Of a stretch of DNA of 54,880 nt, positions 1-11,612 are shown one piece after another. The DNA is taken from positions 4,087,028 to 4,141,907 of the forward strand of contig BFEA01000041.1 in assembly GCA_003427395.1 (NCBI GenBank). Reading direction: 5' to 3'. The notes below the pieces were generated by a model. That model did no database searches and was not told the DNA's origin. It worked only from the letters and a program-made list of their open reading frames with translations. The position numbers were made by a program, and so were the translations under genes. The first letter of the stretch is position 1. Every line of letters begins with the position of its first letter. The stretch comes from Chara braunii. Its lineage: Eukaryota; Plantae; Charophyceae.

Positions 1-1345
1 GTTTGTGAAACGCGGGACCCCTTCGGGGGTGTGTGGGGGGGGGGGTCCGGCGTTTGTGAAACGCCGGACCCTTTGTGTCTGTGTGGGGTCCGGCATTCGT
101 GAAACGCAGGACCCCTTTTGGGGTGTGGGGGGTCCGGCGTTTGTGAAACGCCAGACCCCTTTGTGTCTGTGTGGGGTCCGGCATTTGTGAAACGTAGGAC
201 CCCTTTGGGGGTGTGGAGGGGTCCGGTGTTTGTGAAACGCCGGACCCCTTTGGGGGGGTGTGGGGGGGGGTTCCTGCGTTTCACAAACGCCGGACGCCTT
301 TGGGGGTGCGGGGGGTCCGGTTTTTCACAAACGCAGGATCCCTTCGGGGGTGTGGGGGGTCCGGCGTTTGTGAAACGCAAGACCCTTCGGGGGTGTGGGG
401 GGTCCGGCGTTTGTGAAACGCAGGACCCCTTTGGGGATGTTGGGGGGTCCGGCGTTTCACAAACGCAGGACCCCTTCGGGGGTTGGGGGGGGTCCGGCGT
501 TTGTGAAACGCCGTACCCTTCGGGGGTGTGGGGGATCCGGCGTTTGTGAAACGCAGGACCCCTTTGGGGGTGTTGGGGGGTCCGGCGTTTTACAAACGCA
601 GGACCCCTTCGGGGGTTGGGGGGGGCTCCGGCGTTCGTGAAACGCCGGACCCTTCGAGGGTGTAGGGGGTCCGGCGTTTGTGAAACGCAAGACCCCTTTG
701 GGGTTGTTGGGGGGTCTGGCGTTTCACAAACGCAGGACCCCTTCGGGGGTTGGGGGGGGGTCCGACGTTCGTGAAACGCCGGACCCTTCGGGGGTATGGG
801 GGGTCCGGCGTTTGTGAAACGCAGGAACCCTTTGGGGGTGTTGGGGTGTCTGGCGTTTCACAGACGCAGGACCCCTTCCGGGGTTGGGGGTGGGGGGCGA
901 CGCTTGTGAAACGCCGGACCCTTCGGGGGTGTGGGGGGGGTCCGGCATTTGTGAAACGCCAAACCCCTTTGTGTGTGTTGAGGGGTCCGGCGTTTCACAA
1001 ACGCAGGACCCCTTCGGGGGTTGGGGGAGTCCGACGTTTGTGAAACGCCGGACCCTTCGGGGATGTGGGGGGTCCGGCGTTTGTGAAACGCCAGACCCCT
1101 TTGTGTGTGGGTGCGGGGTCCGGCGTTTGTGAAACGCCGGATCCCTTTGGGGGGATGCGGGGGTTCGACGTTTCACCTTTGGGGGTGGGGTGGGAAGGGT
1201 CCGGCGTTTCACAAACGCCGGACCCCTTTGAGGGTGTGGGGGATCCTGCGTTTCACAAACGCCGGACCCCTTTGGGGGTGTGGGGGGGTCCGGCGTTTCG
1301 CAAACGCCGGGCCCCCTTCGGGTTGACGGGGTCCGGCGTTTTTCC
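1..1345. repeat. Array 1 of a 29-bp palindromic unit GGGTCCGGCGTTT(GTG/CAC)AAACGCCGGACCC with short G-rich linkers (period about 40 bp)
   Basis: Directly visible: roughly 30 diverged copies, with both GTG- and CAC-centred orientations. Linkers such as cttcgggggtgtggg and tttgtgtctgtgtg. The array runs off the left window edge. Confidence 0.95.
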
Positions 1346-1738
1346 CTCAACCCCTTGGGCCAGGCGTTCAATAGTTGTCGGACCATGTGATGGNNNNNNN
1401 NNNNNNNNNNNNNNNNNNNNNNNNNNNNNNNNNNNNNNNNNNNNNNNNNNNNNNNNNNNNNNNNNNNNNNNNNNNNNNNNNNNNNNNNNNNNNNNNNNNN
1501 NNNNNNNNNNNNNNNNNNNNNNNNNNNNNNNNNNNNNNNNNNNNNNNNNNNNNNNNNNNNNNNNNNNNNNNNNNNNNNNNNNNNNNNNNNNNNNNNNNNN
1601 NNNNNNNNNNNNNNNNNNNNNNNNNNNNNNNNNNNNNNNNNNNNNNNNNNNNNNNNNNNNNNNNNNNNNNNNNNNNNNNNNNNNNNNNNNNNNNNNNNNN
1701 NNNNNNNNNNNNNNNNNNNNNNNNNNNNNNNNNNNNNN

Positions 1739-1809
<71 letters not shown>
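1739..1809. repeat. (TG)n microsatellite at a gap edge
   Basis: Direct observation. Confidence 0.95.
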
Positions 1810-1812
<3 letters not shown>

Positions 1813-1929
1813 TCCCGCCCTCATTAATGGAATGAGATTGCAGGCAACTATAAAATCTCACACTCCCATTACCGCATGTTTTGGCCTGCTTTATCTGCCA
1901 GGTTCCGACGGCGAACCGATCATGTCAAC

Positions 1930-4746
1930 ATGAACTCCGAAAGGGTCAGTCCCGTACATGATTCTCAACCATCCGTTGATTTGCTACATACACCGACCGT
2001 AACTCATTTCGCTGTTACCTGCGAAAGTCGATCGCCTTCGGGCAACGTGACACCGTCCAAGCGCCGACATTGGGTGACCTCGATCAATAAGTCGCCGAAA
2101 CGGTGTGCTGTTTGCCGCCGCCAGACGGTGGGGAGCAATAACGTTGTCCGTCGTCTTCGCCTCGATGATATCCTTAAAGGAACTACTCCTTTCACTTCTG
2201 CCCGAGGGTCAGTTGGTTCGAGGACTGCGGCTTTCATAGACGCCCAACCTATGTGCGAGGGTGATGATGTTTCGTACGATTTCGAACTTTCTCAAGCCAC
2301 GATTGAGGAGTTCGAACGGGAACAACTTAAGAGAGACGAGTTCGAACGCGATGAATTTATGAGAGATGGTGAGTTCGAAGCTGACGAGGATGACGCGGTG
2401 GAAAGGACCTCTGTGCCGCCTCACTCCTTGTCGCTCGGTAGACAAGGGAAAAGGAGATACACTTACCGCACGCGCAAAAGAGGATCGAACGAGTCAGATG
2501 CCACATACGAACGTAGGTGCAGCCTCGAGGAGTGTGACGCCGTGTTGAAGAAGACATGTTGCAAGTCTTATGGGTGTCTCTCACGAATGAAACCAGCGGC
2601 CGTCCAAAAGTGCAGATGTGAGTTCAGATCGGTTCGAGGGAAGGATAAGCGAAGGTGGTGGATATCGAAGCTTCGTAGCTTCACGGCACTCTGGCAAAGG
2701 AAGCCCGAGGTCAAGCCTATTGTAGAAATGCATCCGGTGTGCGTTACCGCATGGTGTCTGATATTGGGTTGTGGTCGGAACACTTACAAAAAGCACAACG
2801 ATGACCTCGACGATGGAACGGTCGATGCACGGCATGGCAATGATGGTTGCCCTCGGACAACTGCATAATATGCGCTGACATGGTCTGCTTTTGAGGACAT
2901 TATCCTAAATGAGTCTGACCCTATGCCAGATCAGACGGAGACGGGACCGGATTTCGAGATTAGGAACCGTGTTCATCTCCCTTCGGTGTATGGTACAAAG
3001 AAAGATGTTCATAGAAGCATCGTCCGTAGGTTAGAGAAGCTTGGTATGTCTTGCTCGCCGTACCAAGTGTTCTGTAGGATCTGGGGATATTACTTTTGGA
3101 ACGTTTCGACTTGCTAGAGTAACTGACCACGCGAGGTGCAACCAATGCATAAAAAATGCTATCCTGATCGAGGGCGCTCTTCCGGGGCCGCGGCGCCAAC
3201 TGGTTGCCACACAAAAAAGCCACCTTGATATGCAACGGGCCCATCACCAGATGTATGACCGATGGTCGACGGAATCTCAGTTTCATAAGACCCGGAGTTT
3301 GTGCATAATTATAGATGGAATGGACCAAGTGAAAACAACCATTCCCCATGTATCACGTCGGCATTTGTCGAAGGAGATGGCTAACAACGCAATGATGAAA
3401 ACGAACCTCACTGGTATAATAGCTCATGGTAGGACGCCGTCCTTGATCGTCCACACGTGGTTTCCTTATCTGTCGCACGGGTCAAATTCAGTTGTTACTT
3501 CCATTGCCAAAGTGCTAAGAGACGTGCAAGCTTGCGAAAGACAACTCCCTCGCAAGCTACGCGTCCAAGCTGATAACTGAGGTGGACAGAACAAAAACAG
3601 ATACGTTTTTGCATTCCTCGCTATGTTGGTGAAGTTCCGCATTTTCGAAGTCGTAGAGATGGGGTTCATGATAGTCGGGCATACCCATACTGACATCGAT
3701 GCGAAATTTAGTTTATTCGCTCGCAAACTCAATGGGTGCGACGCGTACACGATGGACGAACGGTTCGCAGTATTGCGAATGTCGTGTGAAGAGTCAGTGG
3801 ACTGTACGCAGCTTACGGAAATCGTGGACTGGAAAACCGCAATTCATCCATTCCTTGACAAAATGATTTCGGGTCATGCTACACCACACCTTTTTAAATT
3901 CTACATGGAGGGTGATACTCCGGCTATGGTTTATAAAGAGCACTGCACCGACAAGCGGTGGGGACCTGAAAACGGACCAGTATACTGGTTCAAACGGGAT
4001 GCGCATAAGAGATGGGCAGGTTCGACATGGGGCTTCGAGCCTCGTCGCGAGTCACCCAACTCCGCTTCGGTGACTTTGCAAACGGTAAAGCGGGTATCCG
4101 GGTGATGGTTAAAACGTGGAAAGATGCTATGAACAAATGGGGAACACAAACCGAAGAGGACCGACAACTGAGGATTGAGAGACTGCAATACTGGACGGAC
4201 CGTCTAGCTGAGTTCGACAACATTAAGACGGAAGAGACTGGAACAGTGCCTCTATCTTACTCGTTTTGGCCATCGCCCACGTTGACCGAACTAAATGCGG
4301 AGTCCGCGGTCCCGTACGTCGTAGCACAACCGCTGAAAAAACCGTGTTTTGTCGGGCGTAGGAAAGATGCACCAAAACCGGAATTCGACCCTTGCAAAGC
4401 AGTCGAGATCGACGATTTCATAGTTTTGCGCGCTCCCAATGACCACGCACAAGAAGGGTGCACATTCTGGGTTGCACGTGTAATGAAGATGGAGAGTGCG
4501 AGTATTTTCGTACAGTACTGGAGGCCATGCGGTCGTGAACACGATTTATCGAAGCTTTACGAAGATGCATGGAACAAAACGTGGAGAGTGAAAACCGAAT
4601 CGGAACCCGGATGGCAAGACCTTAAAAGCGTAGCATGGGCACGGAGCAGCTGGATACAATCCAGAACGGGAATGAAAATACGAAAACGGGATGCAATGAA
4701 AGCACAACAGTCCTTGGCAGCACCAGGTTCAGTTGAGAAAAGATAA
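1930..4746 (+). pseudogene. Disrupted DUF7869/Sola-like DDD transposase
   Basis: The joined frames give N-terminal Cys motifs (CCKSYGCL, VCVTAWCLILG, ARCNQC), DPMP, IIIDGMDQ, TGIIAHG, GSNSVV, LPRKLRVQADN*GGQNKN and FMIVGHTHTDIDAKFS, the motif series of this RNase H-fold family. Lesions: TAA 2866-2868, frameshift near 3105, TGA 3578-3580, frameshift near 4010. Confidence 0.8.
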
Positions 4747-4906
4747 AAGCACAGTCTGGATAGTGTTGCGCGACCGGTGATGTATTCGGGTTAGTGTATA
4801 AGCACGGGAGTTAGTAATGGGCACTAAGTCGTTTGTGGCATTATAAGAACAAGCAATTAGACGGACACAACAGACGGACATACTTGCCGGTGTGGTTGTA
4901 CATTAA

Positions 4907-5674
4907 ATGTACAGGATTGTAGGTGAGCCGGACGGCTCAGTGTCGATGTATGATATTGGCAATTTTGAAGAATACTGAATATGAGGGACCCTGTCGATGC
5001 TCTTCGTTTTTGCATTACATGCAATAGACGCAACCATGGATGCGATCGGTGGTACTAAGCATTGCCACACAGGCACATGGGGAACATCCATACAATACGA
5101 AGAACTAATTTCATTCCGGTACACCCAACGGATGACGGCGGTCGGTCTTCGTTCAGTGAACGAGACAATATTATACCCCACATTTGATACGTGGGCTCCG
5201 CATCTGCAACGCACGGTATCAAGGATGGCTAAGACGTGTGACCCGTTGTTGCACTATTGGAGACATGGTGCACCGCGGTGGAAAAACGTTTTCTACTGAG
5301 CTGGTTGGATATTCGACAACGATATGAGACAGCATGGAAAATTTTTATGTATTGCATTCGAAGCACGATACGGGATGACATACTGTTGTACACGCATCGA
5401 ACGACGGAAACCTCATCCGAACGACGATATCGACGACATGATGTACATCATGTCAAGATACGCATGCCTTTTTTGCAGTGTCGTTCGGGATGGCATGATA
5501 AAGTTTGTGCGGGAGAGGACATCCATGGTCGGAACAATTGTTGTGAAGGTGCTTCAAACTTTCGACGATTATGGAGCAGTACAATACATAAAGAAAACGA
5601 AGAAAAAAAACAAATGTAGATGTGAAACATTTGTTTCGCCGCATGAACGGGGCATTGCGGCATGTGCCACGTAG
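4907..5674 (+). pseudogene. Cargo family member A (unknown function), with in-frame stops
   Basis: One frame from ATG 4907 through ORFs 4997-5299 and 5324-5674, with TGA at 4976, 4982 and 5297. Shares blocks with members B and C: MDAIGG..C..WGTSIQ vs MESVGG.C..FGTSFQ; FLCIAF vs VNCVAC/VLCVAS; KFVR vs SFVK/EFVR. Confidence 0.5.
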
Positions 5675-5959
5675 AGGGGTAAATTGTGTCATGCAGTATA
5701 TGCATTGACGTAGAGGGACGCTATGTGTAATACGATTGCCTACCATATGCATTGCAACATGTGCCACGTAGAGGAGGTTGGGATCAAGGGAGGAGACCGA
5801 GCTTTGGCTATGGCTGACCTTCGTCTCCACTCCATGGATTGCCGTCGCATCTACGAGGCCCTTCGTAGTATGGATATGGCGGTTGAAGTTTGAGGAGACA
5901 TGATGGAGTTCGTGTTGTGCTCCGAATTTTTGTGGTATGTCGTCTTCCCTATCTGCGCT

Positions 5960-7540
5960 AAACGGGGAGAGGGTCCAGCGTTTCACAAACGTCGAACCCC
6001 CGCTCCACTTCGTGCCCCCATGGGGTCCGGCGTTTGTGAAACGCTGGACCCTCTCCCCTAACTGTGCACAGATAGGGACGAGGGTCCAACATTTCACAAG
6101 CGCCGGATCCCGCTCCACTTCGTCCAGAAGTTAGTATATTAGCCGGGTCCTGCGTTTGTGAAACGTTGGACCGTCTCCCCTATCTGTGCGTAAGGGGTGG
6201 ACATTGGGGCTCGAAGTGGCGCGGGGGTTCGGCGTTTGTGAAATGCTGGACCCTCTTCCNNNNNNNNNNNNNNNNNNNNNNNNNNNNNNNNNNNNNNNNN
6301 NNNNNNNNNNNNNNNNNNNNNNNNNNNNNNNNNNNNNNNNNNNNNNNNNNNNNNNNNNNNNNNNNNNNNNNNNNNNNNNNNNNNNNNNNNNNNNNNNNNN
6401 NNNNNNNNNNNNNNNNNNNNNNNNNNNNNNNNNNNNNNNNNNNNNNNNNNNNNNNNNNNNNNNNNNNNNACCGGACCCTCTCCCCTTCTGTGTCGAAGGT
6501 GTAGTGGGATCCGGCGTTTGTGAAACGCTGGACCCTCTCCCCTATTTGTGCTTAAGGGGGAGAGGATCCAGCGTTTCACAAACGCCGACCCCCGCTCCAC
6601 TGGGAGCCCCCATGGGGTCTGTCGTATGTGAAACGTTGGACCCTCACCCCTATCTGTGCTGAAGGTGGAGAGGGTCCAGCGTTTCGCATACGCCGGACTC
6701 CACTACCCCTTTGGCAAAGAAGGGGTCCTTCGTTTGTGAAACGCTAGACCCTCTCCCCCATCTGTCCTTACAGAGAAGAGGGTCCAGCATTTCACAAACG
6801 CCGAACCCCCGCTCCACTTCGAGCCNCCATAGGGTCCGGCGTTTGTGAAACACTGGACCCTCTCCCCTAGCTGTGCTGAAGGGGGAAAGGGTCTAGCGTT
6901 TCGCATACGCCGGACCCCACTACCCCTTCGGCACAGAAGGGGAGAGGGTCCGGTGTTTCACAAATAGGGAAGAGGGTCCAGTGTTTCGCAAACGCTGGAC
7001 CCCATGGGGGCTCGAAGTGGAGCGGCGGTCCGGCGTTTGTCAAACGTTGGACCCTCTCCCCTTCGGCAAAGAAGGGGTCCAACGTTTGTGAAACGCTAGA
7101 CCCTCTCCCCTATCTCTGCTTAAAGGGGAGAGGGTCCAGCGTTTGACAAACGCCGAACCGCATGGGGGGCACAAAGTGGAGTGGGCTCCGGCGACCATCA
7201 ACAACTTCAGCATAGTTAGGGGAGAGGGTCTAGCGTTTCACAAACGTTGGACTCCACTCCGTGTCGAAGGGAGGAGTGGGCTCCAGCTTTCATGAAACGT
7301 TAGACCCTCTCCCCTTTCAATATTTATAGGGGGAGACGGTTCAGCGTTTCATAAACGCCGAAACCGCGCGCCACTTCGAGCCCCCCCCGGGGTCAGGCGT
7401 TTGTGAAACGCTGGACCCCCCTCCCCCTTTAATCACAGATAGGGGAGAGGGTCCAGCGTTTCAGAAACGCCGGACCCCATGGGGCCACGAAATGGAGCAG
7501 GAGTTCTACGTTTGTGGAACGTAGGACCCTCTCCCCCTTC
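5960..7540. repeat. Array 2 of the same 29-bp palindrome, with longer self-complementary linkers (CTCTCCCC...GGGGAGAG; CGCTCCACTTCG...)
   Basis: Directly visible; interrupted by gap 6260-6469. A few linker types recur in both orientations. Confidence 0.95.
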
Positions 7541-7655
7541 AGCACAGACAATAGGTGGCCTGGCGTGACATGTTTCCAAATTTTATCGCAAACATTCATA
7601 CAGCAGTGTATGTGTTGTGTACAAAAGCTACTTCGCGTGTTCATCGAGTTGCGGG

Positions 7656-8496
7656 ATGGCCACTAACGACAACAACCATCATCGGCAGTTGGACGAGAAT
7701 ACGAAATTCCGGATAGTCGAGGCACTTCGAGTCGATCCATGGCTAAGCGTGCTGCCATGGCGAGGAACAGTTAGGAACTGGAGCGAGATCGATTGGGAGA
7801 TCGCGATGATAAAATGTCAATGGGCGCACGACTTCAGATTTGCTAACGAGATGAAGTGGGGCTCTCATCGAAATACATTCCGCCTATCTCGAGACAACGT
7901 ATATACCGAACTATGCAGAGATTCATTGGATGAACAACCATCTGGGTACTTATGACCCTCTTGTCGTAAATGCAAGCCAAGATTCGACGAATGAGTGATG
8001 CGAGGAGGATGGAGAACTTTCATGCAAGTTCGTAAGAACATCACCTCGCACGTGGCCGAACTGGTTCAAAGTCGAACTGCAAAGGTGCGCAAGATTGTGC
8101 CAGAGAATCACAACGTACCCCGTGCGTAACGAAGCGGGGACGAGCAATAAGCGCATATCGTATTACTCTGTGAGAGTTTTCTTAAACGATAGCGATTTAT
8201 GTAGAGTCAATTGTGTAGCATGCACAGGTAAGGGTGAAAGATTAATAAAGGTACGATGCGAAGCACTGTTGAATGAACACGCAAGCGAGAATTCGGTATT
8301 TGATGTGAAAGAGTTTGTGGAAGAAGTAGAACATAAAATATGCACCATAAGAGACGCTATTGGCGTCGCTCTCGTCGGAACGTGCAGTTTCGTAAAAATG
8401 TCGTATATATCATCATTCGACAGGGACGACAATGGCGAACCCGAGGGTTTGAAATTGCTCACATTCGGCTCACCCATGCATGGCTTGTATAATTAA
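7656..8496 (+). pseudogene. Cargo family member B (unknown function), disrupted near 7950-8000
   Basis: ORF 7617-7955 (ATG 7656) plus the frame of 8095-8496. Motifs DPWLSVLPW, CQWAHDFRFANEMKWGS, SPRTWPNWFKVEL, ISYYSVRV, IRDAIGVAL..SFVKMSYISSF and FGSPMHGLY are collinear with member C. Confidence 0.7.
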
Positions 8497-8685
8497 GAAG
8501 GAAAACGTATTAAACGCATTGGTTCATACTAGCAGATTCTCATATTACAAATAGTTTAGCACGGATAGGCAAGTATCATCACTTAGTGTTAGCCTCATCG
8601 GAGAGTTATCATTTCTCGGCTTTATTTACGAGCGTCTACACGTTCGATTTTGTCGCTCATGTGTGTGTGGTGTGTAGGGTGCATA

Positions 8686-9667
8686 ATGTCATCGACAACG
8701 TCGACAAGCATCAGTGGAAGTCCCGAGAGACACAAACACACAACAAAACCATTTCCTCCTTGTGCAAAATCGGTGCGGCATTATAACGGTCATACTCGGC
8801 TCAAGTATGACCCAAGAGAGGAATTCGACGAGGACCCATGGATGACCGTCGTCCCATATATGAATCGACATCTTGACCAATGGACCGATGGTAATTGGAA
8901 TGCGATGGAGAGTGTGGGTGGCTGCCCTTGCGCAAACCATTACAAGTTCGCCAATATGTTGGAGTTTGGGACCTCATTCCAGTGCCTGATGGTCTTCTCA
9001 AGCCTGTTTTCCTCACCCGTCTGCGCAAAGCATACCGCAACATTGACCGCTACAACAGTCGCCTCGACTTCGTGTACATCATAAGTTCGCCACGAATTTG
9101 GACGAGTTCGCTGAAACAAGAGTTGATAGATACAACTCCTCATTGTTCATTCTTGGAGCAGTACCACTCCGTTGCCCGGGGATTTATCCACGAGCTGTGT
9201 CATACTGTTGCGTGCGGTTGAGTATTATCGGATATGAATTCGCAAGAGTGCTCTGTGTGGCTTCTTCAAATAAATCGTGGAAACTCGTAGATGCAGTTGT
9301 GCGCGTATCACGGAACCAACTCTTTCTTCAGCCGCCACAGGGTTGGTGGTTGCCTGTTCGTTGGGATCAAGATGGACGGTCGGATGTAGTGATAGCAGGC
9401 CAGATGCAAAATCCGGCATTGTGGCAACAGCTGGAAGAGAAAGCGATGGCGATACGAGATGCCATTGGGAATTCCTTAGCATGTCCGGGAGAGTTTGTTA
9501 GGTTGAAATACATGTCGGTATTTTCGGAGAATGTAACAATCAAGGAGCCGCAGATCCACGTATATGGATCGTCCATGAATGCTATGTATGGTTTCAGTCC
9601 ACGACCTCGTCCGCGGCAAACCCCGTACGTCACAAGATTCGGACGGGTTATCAGACCTCCTACTTAA
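8686..9667 (+). pseudogene. Cargo family member C (unknown function), two frameshifts
   Basis: ORFs 8650-9084 (ATG 8686), 8895-9221 and 9098-9667. Motifs DPWMTVVPY, CPCANHYKFANMLEFGTS, SPRIWTSSLKQEL, VSYCCVRL, IRDAIGNSL..EFVRLKYMSVF and YGSSMNAMY. Confidence 0.7.
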
Positions 9668-9854
9668 GGGATGTAGTTAGTGACAATGTAATCATAGCGG
9701 ATATACTGCTTTTTCTGTTTTTTATCCGCTATATGGAGCATCTTCGTAGTTAAACAATTTTGTAATTGTATAATAGACGTGCCTGTGTACAATATTCAGA
9801 ATCTAATATGACGAAACTCGCGATTTTTGTTCGTCTACACGCTCAACATGCAGG

Positions 9855-10748
9855 ATGGAAGTCGGTCAAACAAGCTCGAATGGAAGCGGGTCCTCTCATC
9901 AAGTTCCATCAACAATTGAGGATCTCATTATTTTAGACACTAACATTTGGTCGGTTGATATCGTCGATGAATTTGCGAATTATGAGTACTTAAATGTCGA
10001 AAACGAAGTTGGGCCGGATAATAAAATTTTACCGATCATGGGGTTTGTCAACGGACAAGAGACGATTGTGTCCGACAATGCATCAAATATGTGGTACCTA
10101 TACACAAAGGAAGATGACGCATACATCATTGTATCGAGGAAAGACGTTGTGGATCCTTTGGAGATGCTAACCAATTGGAGGGAGGTATGCAGGAAACAGG
10201 ACTGGGACGAGAAAGACAAATTGGAACAAAAAGTGTGCTCGTGGTATTCCATTGACAGAAAAGAATTGCTTGCACTGGTGGTGGTGGACTTCTATGGTCG
10301 AATCCGAATATGCAATAGAGGCACGGCCATAGTGACACTTTTTACAGCAGCGAAGATCACCGGCACGACAATGAATGAGTTGTTCACTGCCCGGGAAGAA
10401 TTTTAGGACCCCGCGGGTTCAACTAAACTCGAACAGTTTCGGAATGGGTTGGAAATTGACGCGACACTCCGGAAAAAGTTAGTGTTTAGGGTTGACAGTT
10501 TGGTGCATGTGCAACTTCACTACCTTTTTGACAAATGTGAGGAGATAGTGTTCACAGTCGAGCATAGAAAATGCGACACAGGTGAAGTGACTCGTACGAA
10601 GCAGTACCATCGATCGGGACACAAAGAAGTACCATTAGTGGGTGGCAGACAGAAGATAATGATAAATTGTCCGTATTGTGAAGACATTAAGCACGCAACA
10701 AATTTTCTACCTCTTATTCTTCACGAGACCCTGGATAGTAGCCAGTAG
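9855..10748 (+). pseudogene. Orphan ORF of about 297 codons with one in-frame TAG (10404-10406); possible US22/SUKH-like repeats and a C-terminal CPYC
   Basis: ORFs 9855-10406 and 10449-10748 are in the same frame and have globular-protein composition. The family assignment is only a motif impression. Confidence 0.55.
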
Positions 10749-11252
10749 CACAGCAAGTTTGTCCAGGTCAAGACATGTTCAACAATCGATGCGCTTCATC
10801 GCTGACACGCGTTCCGGACTACAATGGTCAGATATGTGAACGACTTTGAACACTAAGGAGATAGGAATTGTTAGCGCACTGCAACAATCGTCAGTTTCAC
10901 TTTGTGTGTTGCACGCAAAATTATTTTTTTTGTTATGTTTAATCGTGTTTTTTTCACCTGTTATTTCGTTTTTGGGTTTCGATGATGTGGACGAAGTTTT
11001 GAAAATCGCAAACATTTGCAATTTACAAGCTCGAAGTTAGCATAAACAAACGTGTTTGAATTTATTTTTTCTTTTATTTTTTTTATTTTTTTTAGACAGT
11101 CTTCGTTGTATCATAGACTACAATTTCTTCGTTCGAATAATGTCGATATTTATCGGATGACTAATTTTGAACAATATTATCTAATCGATCTTGCAGGGTT
11201 GTAGTGCTCGACATTACAACAGGAGACAATAATACGCAAACCTTATACAACA

Positions 11253-11612
11253 ATGGCGCGCATCACTCCCATCGCATTGTCTGCAGGGGCATCTCTCACA
11301 ACAACAAAAGGTCCGTTTCCATACGAATATGAGTCAATAGTAAGATGCGAAGTTGGTGGATGTAAATAATTTGTAGTTGTTGTGAGATTCACGGAAATCG
11401 AGGTGTATGACGTGCGAATTTACGGAAGACAAAGACAAGCAGGGACAGTGGAAGAGTATGTGGAATGTCACGAAGCAGCTTTGCAAGTCCACGAGGAAAA
11501 CAAAATTACATTGATGCGCGAGGGTCGAACACTTGAAGGCTGGTCTGCTTTCGTAACCAACTTTGAAAGCATGCCTATTCCACCTATCCCGACGTGCATG
11601 CTCGACGGCTAG
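11253..11612 (+). pseudogene. Short orphan ORF with an in-frame TAA
   Basis: ATG 11253 (MARITPIALS...) is in frame with ORF 11382-11612 across one TAA. It is flanked by AT-rich spacers like the other cargo ORFs. Confidence 0.4.

Noticed and set aside
5-1861. Many overlapping ORFs (GGPAFVKRRTP..., GSGVCETPDP...)
   Set aside because: They are translations of the stop-poor palindromic array, N gaps and (TG)n.
3578-5299. TGA recoding (Sec/Trp/Cys) suggested by several in-frame TGAs
   Set aside because: The same cluster also has TAA and TAG stops and multiple frameshifts, so ordinary pseudogenisation explains it.
1-7540. CRISPR array interpretation of the palindromic repeats
   Set aside because: The linkers are short, low-complexity and themselves repeated, not unique spacers. 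Repeat orientation flips, there are no cas genes, and the context is eukaryotic.
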